From the NCBI GenBank assembly GCA_050293845.1, contig JBNKNM010000084.1, positions 1-21,470 on the forward strand: DNA of 21,470 bases, read 5' to 3'. Below the pieces are notes generated by a model that was not told the origin of the DNA, made no database searches, and saw only the letters and a list, made by a program, of their open reading frames with translations. This document shows, piece by piece, positions 7,755 through 17,538 of this stretch. Each line of letters starts with the position of its first letter. Position 1 is the first letter of the stretch. The position numbers were made by a program, and so were the translations under genes. Origin of the DNA: Pseudobacteriovorax sp. (GTDB taxonomy: Bacteria; Bdellovibrionota_B; Oligoflexia; Oligoflexales; Oligoflexaceae).

Positions 7755-9812
7755 ATGGAAAACTTCAAAAAAGCGCTAAAAATTGCTATCACCGAACAAG
7801 TTGAGGTGGTTCGGTTCACCGCAAACGAAGTTCCCGTTCTAGTCCAAAACAGTGATGAACGTACCATTTCTAGCCTATCCCCTATGAGCAATATGGAGGT
7901 TCAGAACCTTATAGCCTCTCTCATACCTCAGGGATTTGAACATGGCGAAAATTTAGCGAAAGGCCAACTATCTATTGTAAACTATGGCGAGCTTCATTTA
8001 ATAGCTAGCCTGAAATCCCCAGCAACCTTGCAGGTCTTTATTCCTCCCCAAGGTAATTCGCTTTTTGCTAAGATTTGGCACAGCCATCAATCATCTTCCC
8101 CCTCTGGAGATCGCAGGACTTATCTTGACGAGACCAGCGACCAACTGAGTCAGCAACCTGAACTAAATCAAACCAATACGCCTAGAGACCCTTCTAGCGC
8201 TACACTGGAGGAAATTCAAGCTCTGGAAGAACAACGGAGATCGGAAAACTACGAGTCAGTAGCAAATGACCCTTACCTCCCCTCTCACCAAGAGAGCCTC
8301 ATCAACAGCTTTGGGATCAATTCTGGAGAGTTTGGCAACCAAGAAACCGAAAACGAGGATTATATAAGTGATGGCCTCCCTATTCACCAACACACTTCCG
8401 ATACCACAAAAGACGCTGTCATGAGAGGTTCTGAAACCGTAGCTGTTGCACCAGAACATCAAGCTCATTTCAGAAAAACAGACTACGCTACAGAACAGGT
8501 ACCTAGCATCCATCATGATCGCCCGGCAACCATAGGTAACAGCAATTTAACGACTGAAAATAATGACAATACCGAATCTAGCCTACAACCTGAAATCCAC
8601 CATTTTGACCGCACACAGGCACAAAGCGAGGAACAAAGCACCTACGAAGGTAATCATTATACCAAGGAAAATCCTTTTAAAATTCATTTTGGTCCTACTG
8701 TTCCTGATGAAATGATAGATCCTAACCAACATCAGAAGATTGACGAAATTTTAAAAATTATGACGGAGCAAAATGTTAGTGATCTTCACCTTACTCAATC
8801 GCAACCACCTGTATTCAGGATTGATGGAGAAATATCTCGGGTGAAGAGCCATTCCCTATCGGAAGAAACCATGGAGAAACTAATCCTACCAATTATGCCT
8901 AAAAAAAACATGCTTGAATTTTCCATTAACAACGATACGGATTTTGCATATACCATCCCTGGACTAGCACGATTTAGGGTTAATGTATTTCGTGATATCA
9001 ATGGTGTTGGTGCTGTCATCCGTCAAATACCAGGCCGGGTTTTGACTGCAGAGGAACTGTGCTTGCCCCCTATTATTAAGGAGTTATGCACTATTTCCAA
9101 GGGCCTTGTTATTGTAACTGGTCCTACAGGAAGCGGAAAGTCTACGACACTTGCCGCTATGCTAGATCTCATCAACAGTAGCCGCAGCGAACATATCCTA
9201 ACTATAGAAGATCCCATCGAGTTTGTGCATGAGCAGAAACGCTGCCTGATAAATCAAAGAGAAATCCATAAACACACCGAAAGCTTTTCACGAGCTTTAC
9301 GTGCCGCTTTAAGGGAAGATCCAGATGTCATATTAATTGGTGAAATGCGAGATTTGGAGACTGTAGCCATCGCCATTGAAACTGCCCAGACAGGTCACCT
9401 CGTATTTGGCACCCTACACACCAATACAGCGGTTTCAACTGTTGACCGCCTTATCGACCAATTTCCTGCCGATCAACAAGAGCAAATTCGCGTGATGTTA
9501 GCCGACTCTTTGCAGGGGGTCATCTGTCAAACTCTAATAAAAAAACGAACGGGTGGCCGATGCGCAGCCCAGGAAATACTGATCGTCGATAAGGCTGTTA
9601 GCAGCCTTATTCGTGAGGGCAATACCCATATGATCCAAAATCATATGCAGACACAGAAATCAAAGGGGAATATTCTCCTTAATGAAGCATTAATAAAACT
9701 GATTTTAAAGGGTGATATTTCCATTGAAGACGCCTATTTTAAAAGCGTCGACAAAGATGCTCTCCTGACCTATGCCAAACAAAAAGGAATCAACCTATCC
9801 CAAGTCAGCTAG
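7755..9812 (+). CDS. pilT: PilT/PilU-family type IV pilus retraction ATPase with long N-terminal extension
   Basis: SDLHL..PPVFRIDG, RFRVNVF, Walker A GPTGSGKS, Asp box TIEDPIE, LREDPDVILIGEMRD, His box TGHLVFGTLH, AIRNLIRE-like AVSSLIRE. ATG 7755 preferred over TTG 7692. Confidence 0.9.
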   Translation: MENFKKALKIAITEQVEVVRFTANEVPVLVQNSDERTISSLSPMSNMEVQNLIASLIPQGFEHGENLAKGQLSIVNYGELHLIASLKSPATLQVFIPPQGNSLFAKIWHSHQSSSPSGDRRTYLDETSDQLSQQPELNQTNTPRDPSSATLEEIQALEEQRRSENYESVANDPYLPSHQESLINSFGINSGEFGNQETENEDYISDGLPIHQHTSDTTKDAVMRGSETVAVAPEHQAHFRKTDYATEQVPSIHHDRPATIGNSNLTTENNDNTESSLQPEIHHFDRTQAQSEEQSTYEGNHYTKENPFKIHFGPTVPDEMIDPNQHQKIDEILKIMTEQNVSDLHLTQSQPPVFRIDGEISRVKSHSLSEETMEKLILPIMPKKNMLEFSINNDTDFAYTIPGLARFRVNVFRDINGVGAVIRQIPGRVLTAEELCLPPIIKELCTISKGLVIVTGPTGSGKSTTLAAMLDLINSSRSEHILTIEDPIEFVHEQKRCLINQREIHKHTESFSRALRAALREDPDVILIGEMRDLETVAIAIETAQTGHLVFGTLHTNTAVSTVDRLIDQFPADQQEQIRVMLADSLQGVICQTLIKKRTGGRCAAQEILIVDKAVSSLIREGNTHMIQNHMQTQKSKGNILLNEALIKLILKGDISIEDAYFKSVDKDALLTYAKQKGINLSQVS

Positions 9813-9861
9813 CTTATGTTGATAAGGAAACATCTTAGGTGACAACGAGTCAGGTGAAAAC

Positions 9862-11337
9862 CTAGAATCGAAGCTTATCGCGAATAGTTTCAAATAGGGA
9901 GTTGAAGACTGCCCCTGTCGCACCAAATGAAGCCCCAGGATAATCCCCACTCCAGTTCCATGTAGAAGCAAAAATATCAAAGTGGACCATCGGCCCATCA
10001 AGAAACTCTCTTAAAAAATGTGCAGCTACATTCGACCCACCAGCAATATTAGCATTCTGAGGCAGCCGCCCCATATTAGTGAGATGACTATTTTTACCCT
10101 TGTTGGCCCATTTAAATGGTAAAAAATCTTCCTGGAAAAGAAACTGCTCGCCATTTAATTTTGCTCTGTCGCTCAATGCTTGCTTAAAGTATTCAGGCGC
10201 AAAAAATACGGGAGTAGTATAACCCGTAAATTGACGTAATGATGCTGTTGTCAAAGTCGCAGCTACAAGGGTTAACTGGGGATTAAACACCTGTTCTCCA
10301 TAACTCAAGGCATCGGCAAGAATGAGACGTCCCTCAGCATCTGTATGTTCTACAGCTACACTAAAACCTTTATGGGATCGATAAATTGCTCCAGGTTTCA
10401 TCGATTTTTGTGCCACTAAATTCTCACAGCTGGGAATGACAAGGGCAATAGGTTTATCGTATCTCGACTTTACTAGGGCCATGAACAGGTTTGCCATAAG
10501 AGCCGCACCACCCATATCATTTTTCATGCAATTCACAAAACCTTCAAAGGGCTTCACATTGATCCCGCCCGTATCGAAGGTTATGCCTTTTCCCACTAGC
10601 ATAAGTGGGCGATCTCCCGGATTACAATTGGCAGAAAGCAAATAGCATCGCGATGGAGAAATATCACTAGCCTGCCCCACAGCAAGTAAAAGGTTCATCC
10701 CTTCGCGCCGTAAGTCATCTTCCTTCATAACTTGAAAGGTACAACCATGATGCTTTGCGAACTTTTCTAACTCTTCTCCTATTTTTAGAGAAGTCATGGT
10801 ATCAGGATTCTCATTAACCCATTGGCGAAATTCTTGATTGTAATAGAACCTATCTGCATAATGTGGTTGAGTCTCACGGACTTGGTCAAGGCTATCAACC
10901 AAGACACTGTATGATTCCAATCTAGAAAATGCTGCTTCCGGCGTATGGCAGCTATAAAATAAATCTTCCGCTATAGAAACTTGTAGAGGAGCTAATTTTT
11001 CTCCAGCAAGATATACTTTTAAAGCCTTTATATTGGCAAATTGATGCTTCAAGCGCTTGAGACATTGCCCCGCTAACCAACGTTTTTCCAGCGATTTCTT
11101 GCCTTCCTCCGTCCACCTTAAAATGGCAAAGGGATGCCGTGAATCTTTAGCAAACCCTGAGAAAACTTTTAAATACTCGATATCCCGGCTCATTACAGGT
11201 ATCGCTTCCTGTTCCAGAGCTATGATCCAATTGGGGATACTAGACCCCTCATGAGTTATAACTAAAAGTAACTCATCCTCTTTATGATAATCCTGCGGAT
11301 ATTCAGGGCCCACTGCATTCCAGTTTAAACTCATCAT
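9862..11337 (-). CDS. M17-family (leucyl) aminopeptidase
   Basis: LVGKGITFDTGG, MKNDMGGAA, CEN, HTDAEGRLILADAL, ATLT, HFDI and GATG. The metal ligands appear conserved. Confidence 0.9.
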   Translation of the reverse strand: MMSLNWNAVGPEYPQDYHKEDELLLVITHEGSSIPNWIIALEQEAIPVMSRDIEYLKVFSGFAKDSRHPFAILRWTEEGKKSLEKRWLAGQCLKRLKHQFANIKALKVYLAGEKLAPLQVSIAEDLFYSCHTPEAAFSRLESYSVLVDSLDQVRETQPHYADRFYYNQEFRQWVNENPDTMTSLKIGEELEKFAKHHGCTFQVMKEDDLRREGMNLLLAVGQASDISPSRCYLLSANCNPGDRPLMLVGKGITFDTGGINVKPFEGFVNCMKNDMGGAALMANLFMALVKSRYDKPIALVIPSCENLVAQKSMKPGAIYRSHKGFSVAVEHTDAEGRLILADALSYGEQVFNPQLTLVAATLTTASLRQFTGYTTPVFFAPEYFKQALSDRAKLNGEQFLFQEDFLPFKWANKGKNSHLTNMGRLPQNANIAGGSNVAAHFLREFLDGPMVHFDIFASTWNWSGDYPGASFGATGAVFNSLFETIRDKLRF

Positions 11338-11339
11338 AG

Positions 11340-13427
11340 CTAATATCCCAATTCTAGAGCCTCACGTAGCCAAGCCATGATGTCGAGATCAAAAACTAAA
11401 AATGAGATAGCTCCCATAGCTTGACTAGGATCGTTAGTAAAAAATAAATCATCTTTTTGTCGCACTTTAGATTCTAAAGCCGTCGCTAATTGCTTCATCG
11501 AAGAACAGCCTAAGGCACTCATATCAGAAATCCCTAGGATTAACCAATAACCGGGGCGGCCTCTACTAAACTTCTTCTCTAGAACTGTGGCTATATGGCC
11601 CATGGTAAAACGAGCATTAATTTCCCCCAGAGTCCTTAAATAAAGGCGATTGTCAAATGGCCACCGATAAATAAATAGATCAACGCCAGCTGCCTGTGTA
11701 AATCCCAGCCCCTTAACATACCTTTGAACGAGCCGGGCTATATTTTCCATCAAATCGAAAAGGGAGGGACGCTCTGGGGCAAACAGCTCTTTTAAGTCAG
11801 ATGAGTCAAACTTTGCCTGGGTGGGACCTAGCTTCACCCCCCGATAGCGGCCTTTGTTATCGGTAATAAAAACATTACGCTGCAATGGCGCCTGAGAACT
11901 CTTCCACACAAACGATATGTCGTACACTTTGCTAAGCCATGGTTCCACAACCACCGCACCAAAGGATTTGAGCTGCTTTGTAATCCAACCCGACTGGGAG
12001 GCCTGAATTCCTTTTTCTGGATAAAGACGACACATATTAGCACCAGAAAAGCCAAAGGGGCTTTTTACAACTGTGGGTAAACCGAATTGAGCCTTAATCC
12101 TTTGAACTTCCGCAAAAACCTGTTCGCTACTACGGGCCACTATACCATCAATTCCCACAGGGCCAAAACAACTCTGAGAATCAGGAAAAGCTTCTCGTAT
12201 AGCATGCCTCATTTGAGGAATGATATCCTTACGGAATAGATCGACAGATTTTGGCTCCTGGGGACGCTGGGATTCAAAACGTTTCCCATTGGCCGCTAGA
12301 ATGCTTTCCATTGCAGCAGATCGAGGTGTCCAGCCCCAAGGTTGAAACCGAGAAAACCTTTGACCACTAATAGCTTGAGGTAAATCATCCAGCTTTCCTG
12401 ACCAGGGTACGAACTCTGGTATATGCCCAAATTGTTCCCGGCAGCGCCGCAAGTAGTTCAAACTGGGAGGCCGCCGGCAGAAAACGACATCCCCACGATT
12501 GGCAAGAAACATGGGCAGACATTCAAAATCCTGCATCAAGGTGCTGACTCCCAAGGAAGGACTATATCCTGGTTTTCCATGGGCTACTTCCAGCTCACAG
12601 TCAGCATTATACCAGTAAGCTGTCGGATCTTTGCCTTTAGTTGACTCGTGAATTTCCAATTGTTCAATAAAATCCTGGGAAAAGCCCGCCCTTTGACGAC
12701 CGCGTTTATCAAAACCAATGCCCTTGGCCCGAATAGGATTCAATGGCGGCTGCCGCCTTAATTGCTGGCGGTAGCTTTGCCATTGGCTGCTCCCCGTATC
12801 GCGCCAACGTTCAAACCATGTTACCCCGTACTTAACGTGACCGACCTCATCTTCGTATACCTTTTTGAGTAACTCTCCTGTTTTCAAGTCTCCTACATTT
12901 TCCATTAATTTAATATAGTACTGGCAATAATCGAGATTTGCCTGCTCAAAAGTCATGCCCATTCCCACAGCATAGTCGATGGGCTGCTGCATAGCTTTAA
13001 GTATATTCCAAAAATAAAAATTTACAGGAATATCCCCTAGCCCCACTCCCAACTCTGCCATCCTATTTTGATACAGCCTTAAATGGGACTGTTCCTCAGT
13101 TATAGTTTCAGCTATACCACGCCGAAACTCTGACGGAGCATCGGGGAATTTTATTAAACCTAAAGCCATTAATTCGATAGCAAGCAGTTCATGGTTGGCA
13201 AAAAAATGCAAAATTGCGCCACGACTATCCTTGCTGTGCAGCTCATGGGGAGCCGGAAACTTGATGCGCGGAGTGTCCTTTAATTGGAGACAAGAGGGCC
13301 GTCCGGGAAACCTGGGAAAGTCATGAAAAGCTCTGGGTTTGTTATCTACAAAACCCTCAAGGGGCTGTAGTTTACTTTCCAGAGTAGTCCCCCAAAGAAT
13401 AGAGGCCGCTATATCTTGTAGCTCCAA
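11340..13427 (-). CDS. DUF455 ferritin-like (diiron) domain fused to an ATP-grasp-like domain
   Basis: N-terminal LHFFANHELLAIE, EEQSH, FEQANLD and DEVGHV (paired ExxH diiron pattern). C-terminal PWGW, VVKSPFGFSG, VVEPW, GVDLF and EINARFTMG (ATP-grasp pattern). TTG start with AGGAG 8 nt upstream. Confidence 0.8.
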   Translation of the reverse strand: MELQDIAASILWGTTLESKLQPLEGFVDNKPRAFHDFPRFPGRPSCLQLKDTPRIKFPAPHELHSKDSRGAILHFFANHELLAIELMALGLIKFPDAPSEFRRGIAETITEEQSHLRLYQNRMAELGVGLGDIPVNFYFWNILKAMQQPIDYAVGMGMTFEQANLDYCQYYIKLMENVGDLKTGELLKKVYEDEVGHVKYGVTWFERWRDTGSSQWQSYRQQLRRQPPLNPIRAKGIGFDKRGRQRAGFSQDFIEQLEIHESTKGKDPTAYWYNADCELEVAHGKPGYSPSLGVSTLMQDFECLPMFLANRGDVVFCRRPPSLNYLRRCREQFGHIPEFVPWSGKLDDLPQAISGQRFSRFQPWGWTPRSAAMESILAANGKRFESQRPQEPKSVDLFRKDIIPQMRHAIREAFPDSQSCFGPVGIDGIVARSSEQVFAEVQRIKAQFGLPTVVKSPFGFSGANMCRLYPEKGIQASQSGWITKQLKSFGAVVVEPWLSKVYDISFVWKSSQAPLQRNVFITDNKGRYRGVKLGPTQAKFDSSDLKELFAPERPSLFDLMENIARLVQRYVKGLGFTQAAGVDLFIYRWPFDNRLYLRTLGEINARFTMGHIATVLEKKFSRGRPGYWLILGISDMSALGCSSMKQLATALESKVRQKDDLFFTNDPSQAMGAISFLVFDLDIMAWLREALELGY

Positions 13428-13441
13428 GCCGATAGCTCCTA

Positions 13442-14449
13442 TTATCTCCGGGGTACAAAGCCGATGCGATCATAAATCTTTGCCAAAGTACTCGCAGCAT
13501 GTTCCCGCGCTTTTGCAGCACCCTCTCGCAAAATCTTTTCTAGTTCAGACTTTTCCTGCAGAATCCTCTGGGTTTCGGCACGGATCGGTTCTAGCTCTTC
13601 ATTGACGATATCAGCAGTATCAACCTTAAGGTGCCCATACATCTTGCCCTCATAAGAAGCGATAATCTCATCTATGGGCTTACCGGTGATAGCTGCCTGA
13701 ATATCGAGTAGATTTTTAACCCCTGGCTTAGCTGTGGGATCATAGGTGATAGTCGTACCCGAATCAGTCACGGCCTGCTTGAATTTTTTCTCCACCTGCT
13801 TATGGTCATCGGTAAGAAAAATGACCCCTTTGGGATTTTCCGCACTCTTACTCATTTTGGCTTGTGGGTTTTGCAGGTCCATGATCCTAGCCCCAGATCC
13901 TTGTATATAAGGCTCGGGAACGCAGAAGGTATCCTCACCATAAATGCCATTGATACGTTGGGCTAAATCCCTTGTAATTTCTACATGTTGCTTTTGATCA
14001 TCCCCCACCGGAACCAAATCGGTGTCATAGAGCAGAATATCTGCTGCCATGAGCAGTGGATAAGTAAACAAACCCACTGGGATATTCTTTCCCGCTTTCC
14101 CGGACTTATCTTTGAACTGGGTCATGCGACTTATTTCTCCCATGTAACCAAAGCAGTTCAATATCCATGCTAATTGAGCATGCTCTGACACATGGGACTG
14201 TATAAAGAGGACTGACTTTTCAGGGTCTAGACCAGATGCTATATAGGTAGCAACTGCAAAAAGTGTGTTTTCGCGAAGCTTTTCGGGGTCTTGACGTACT
14301 GTAATAGCATGTTGATCAACAGCCATGTAATAATTACTATAATTATCCTGCAGCTTTACCCAGTTTTTGATCGCTCCCAGATAATTTCCCAAAGTAAGAT
14401 TAGCCGTTGGCTGAATTCCTGAAACGATGATTTTTTTATCTGCACTCAT
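13442..14449 (-). CDS. trpS: Tryptophan--tRNA ligase
   Basis: SGIQPT, TLGNYLGA (HIGH-like), YPLLMAADILLY, VPVGDDQKQH, KMSKS. AGGAG SD. Confidence 0.97.
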   Translation of the reverse strand: MSADKKIIVSGIQPTANLTLGNYLGAIKNWVKLQDNYSNYYMAVDQHAITVRQDPEKLRENTLFAVATYIASGLDPEKSVLFIQSHVSEHAQLAWILNCFGYMGEISRMTQFKDKSGKAGKNIPVGLFTYPLLMAADILLYDTDLVPVGDDQKQHVEITRDLAQRINGIYGEDTFCVPEPYIQGSGARIMDLQNPQAKMSKSAENPKGVIFLTDDHKQVEKKFKQAVTDSGTTITYDPTAKPGVKNLLDIQAAITGKPIDEIIASYEGKMYGHLKVDTADIVNEELEPIRAETQRILQEKSELEKILREGAAKAREHAASTLAKIYDRIGFVPRR

Positions 14450-14686
14450 AACAAGGCTCCTGCATACCTAACATCTCAAATCAAATGTAAAGTTGATCCC
14501 GGCTTGATTTTTACCCTGATTCAATAGATTTCTCTAGGGTTTGTTGCGGATAAAAGCAATTTATGCAGTTTGGAAGGGGCGAAAAAACTGGGTTCGCACA
14601 TCTACCTCCCAAGATAGCTTCAAAGCAACATGCAAACACAGTTTTTCAGTTCTTGGACTAAGGCTTATTGCCAATGACCCGGTTCT

Positions 14687-16966
14687 CTAGGATTCCTGGG
14701 CCTTGGGAAAACGAAAAGCCAGCTGGTCATTTTCGCAGCTTACTCTTACCAGTCCTCCTTTCGCTAAGGACCCAAACAACAGCTCATCGGCTAAAGGTTT
14801 CTTCACCTTCTCTTCGATCAATCGTTTAATAGGACGGGCACCATAGGCTTCCTCATAACCATGAACGGCAACCCAGGTAATGGCATCTTCGGAAAACTCC
14901 AGACTCACCTTTTTATCGGCAAGCATCGCATTGATCTCTCCCACAAACTTGCGCGCTACCATTTTAACAACCTCAAGGGGTAAAGGACCAAATGTGATGA
15001 TGGCATTGAGACGATTGCGGAACTCTGGAGAGAACATGTCTTTCACAGCCTTAGAAACTTTCTTACCGTCAAGCTTTGCCACGGTTCCCTTATCAAAGCC
15101 AATTTTCTGCGCGGTTAATTCCTTGGCTCCGGCGTTTGTTGTCATCACAATTATGATATTGCGGAAGTCCGCTTTACGCCCGTTATTATCGGTTAAGAAG
15201 CCATTGTCCATAACCTGCAGCAATATGTTCTGCATCTCAGGATGAGCCTTTTCGATTTCATCCAGTAACAACACCGCATGGGGATTTTTAGTCACCGCCT
15301 CTGTCAAAAGTCCTCCCTGATCAAAGCCAACATAGCCCGGAGGAGCCCCGATCAGCCTCGATACCGAGTGTCTTTCCATATACTCACTCATATCGAAGCG
15401 AATCAATTCGATCCCTAAAATATGCGCTAGCTGCTTCGCCACCTCGGTTTTTCCAACCCCTGTGGGACCTGAAAAGAGGAAGCTACCAATGGGCTTACCT
15501 TCGTCACCTAACCCCGATCGTGACATTTTAATGCTCGCTGCCAAAGCTTCAACAGCATCATCTTGGCCATAGACCTTACCCCTTAACTTAAGTCCGAGGT
15601 TTTTTAAGGATTCGCGATCATTTTGACTTACTTTTGCTACTGGCACTCTAGCCATTTTAGCAACTGTACTTTGTACCATATCGACGGTAATCTTTTTTCT
15701 TTTGTCGTCAGGCTTCGATTTCAGGGCTATGGCGGCAGCAGCTTCATCGATAACATCAATAGCCTTATCGGGAAGTTTGCGGTCGCTCATATGACGGGCA
15801 GAAAGTTCCACAGCTGCCCTTAAGGACCCCGATGAGTATTTAACATTGTGAAACTCTTCGTACTTAGGTTTCAAACCTTGGAGTATTTTGACCGTATCAT
15901 CAATAGACGGCTCACTAATATCGATTTTCTGAAAGCGGCGACTAAGAGCATGATCAGCTTCAAAGTGACCACGATACTCCTTAAAGGTGGTTGACCCCAT
16001 GCACCGCAAATCTCCCGAAGACAAAGCAGGTTTCAGGATATTGGAAGCATCCAGAGCCCCTCCTCCCACCGATCCAGCCCCAATGATGGTATGAATCTCA
16101 TCTATAAAAAGCAGGTGGCGTTCGAATTTACCTAACTCCTTCAAAACTCCTTTTAGACGCTGTTCGAAATCACCTCTAAATTTTGAGCCTGCAACCAAGG
16201 CTCCCATATCTAACGCGAATATACGCAATCCCTTAAGGGATGCGGGTACCTGATCTTCTACCACTCTAATGGCTAAGCCTTCAGCAAGAGCTGTTTTACC
16301 AACTCCGGCATCGCCGACGAACAGAGGATTATTTTTGCGGCGACGACACAAGATCTGCATAATCCGATCCAATTCAAAATCTCGACCAATTAACGGATCG
16401 ATTTTCCCTTGCCGCACCCGCTCGCATAAGTCCACCGTATATTTGCCTAGGGCCGACTGCTGCGATGCATTTTCGTCGTCGTCCCTTTCTTGCCCCTCGG
16501 GTAAATAGTGAGTCTCATTGTCGTCAATACTTCCCTCTTTGGTGATGCCATGGGATATAAATTGGATGACATCAAGGCGCGTAACCTTTTCCTTTTCAAG
16601 ATAAAAGACGGCAAAAGAATCTTTTTCAGAAAAAATAGCTACGAGGACATTAGAGCCTTGTATTTTTTCCTTCCCACTGGCTTGAACATGCTGAGCTGCC
16701 CTTTGAATGACCCGTTGGAAGCCGATGGTCGGTTGTGGCAATTGCCCCTGCTTCAGGTTATTGCCGTCGATATGATCGTCAAAAAATTTTTCCAAATTGT
16801 TACGCACACTTTCAATATTCCCTCCACATGCCTCAATGGCTTCTTTTGCAACGGTATTATGAAGTAAGGCGTAAAGTATATGCTCAACCGTCACATAGCG
16901 ATGCCCACGGCGGGAGGCTTCGCTAAGCGCTAAGTTTAAACTGACTTCAAGATCGGGACTTAACAT
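14687..16966 (-). CDS. clpA: ATP-dependent Clp protease ATP-binding subunit ClpA
   Basis: Clp N-domain, two AAA+ modules (GDAGVGKT, GPTGVGKT), RFDMSEYME, IGF loop, no middle coiled coil, directly after clpS. Start ATG 16966 with GGAGG SD. Confidence 0.96.
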   Translation of the reverse strand: MLSPDLEVSLNLALSEASRRGHRYVTVEHILYALLHNTVAKEAIEACGGNIESVRNNLEKFFDDHIDGNNLKQGQLPQPTIGFQRVIQRAAQHVQASGKEKIQGSNVLVAIFSEKDSFAVFYLEKEKVTRLDVIQFISHGITKEGSIDDNETHYLPEGQERDDDENASQQSALGKYTVDLCERVRQGKIDPLIGRDFELDRIMQILCRRRKNNPLFVGDAGVGKTALAEGLAIRVVEDQVPASLKGLRIFALDMGALVAGSKFRGDFEQRLKGVLKELGKFERHLLFIDEIHTIIGAGSVGGGALDASNILKPALSSGDLRCMGSTTFKEYRGHFEADHALSRRFQKIDISEPSIDDTVKILQGLKPKYEEFHNVKYSSGSLRAAVELSARHMSDRKLPDKAIDVIDEAAAAIALKSKPDDKRKKITVDMVQSTVAKMARVPVAKVSQNDRESLKNLGLKLRGKVYGQDDAVEALAASIKMSRSGLGDEGKPIGSFLFSGPTGVGKTEVAKQLAHILGIELIRFDMSEYMERHSVSRLIGAPPGYVGFDQGGLLTEAVTKNPHAVLLLDEIEKAHPEMQNILLQVMDNGFLTDNNGRKADFRNIIIVMTTNAGAKELTAQKIGFDKGTVAKLDGKKVSKAVKDMFSPEFRNRLNAIITFGPLPLEVVKMVARKFVGEINAMLADKKVSLEFSEDAITWVAVHGYEEAYGARPIKRLIEEKVKKPLADELLFGSLAKGGLVRVSCENDQLAFRFPKAQES

Positions 16967-16982
16967 ATTTCTAATCCTCCCC

Positions 16983-17324
16983 TTATTCTGTCTCAAGGGT
17001 ACATTGAAGAGGGTACCCACTACGCCTGGCTTCCTCGGTTACCGCGGCGACTTTTGTTTCAGCAATTTCATACGGATAGATCCCGCAAATCGCTTTTCCT
17101 TCGTTGTGAACCCGCAGCATAATATCCGTAGCAGCCGCATGGTCTTTGTCGAAATGTTTCTCTAAAATATCCACAACAAATTCCATTGGTGTATAATCAT
17201 CATTCAATAGCAATACGCTGTATAGAGGTGGTTTTTTGGTTTGAACTCGCTCCTTTATAACTACACCCGTGTCCTCATCAGCGCTGCTCAAGAATATATT
17301 ATGTGTACTTTTCATAACTGTCAT
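16983..17324 (-). CDS. clpS: ATP-dependent Clp protease adaptor ClpS
   Basis: PPLYSVLLLNDDYTPMEFVV, IMLRVHNEGKAICGIY, EIAETK, YPLQCTLE. Confidence 0.96.
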   Translation of the reverse strand: MTVMKSTHNIFLSSADEDTGVVIKERVQTKKPPLYSVLLLNDDYTPMEFVVDILEKHFDKDHAAATDIMLRVHNEGKAICGIYPYEIAETKVAAVTEEARRSGYPLQCTLETE

Positions 17325-17538
17325 GTTGCCTAATCTTTCAGTTTACGCTCCGTAAGGGACTCTCAATCCTGACAGTGGAATTTCTACCAGTTAGAGAAAG
17401 CAAAGCCACTCTTAACCATAAATCCGGAATCACTGCTGTCAACCAGCCTTTCGATTATGGAGGATAACTGGGAAAAATGCTTGTACAATTCAAGGATATA
17501 GGCGAGAAAATGATTCAAATATGTCAGTAAAGTATAAA

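Noticed and set aside
14450..14686. T-box riboswitch or Trp attenuator upstream of trpS
   Set aside because: No T-box motif (GGTGGNACCGCG) seen on the minus strand; only a weak 8-bp inverted repeat with a long loop.
5616..16926. Many short alternative-frame or antisense ORFs inside the lipoprotein, aminotransferase, pilT, M17, DUF455, trpS and clpA genes
   Set aside because: They overlap well-supported genes and have no independent coding evidence.
17485..17515. Sigma32-like promoter upstream of clpS (CTTGAA...CCCAGT)
   Set aside because: The spacer is too long (16 nt) and the -10 match is poor.
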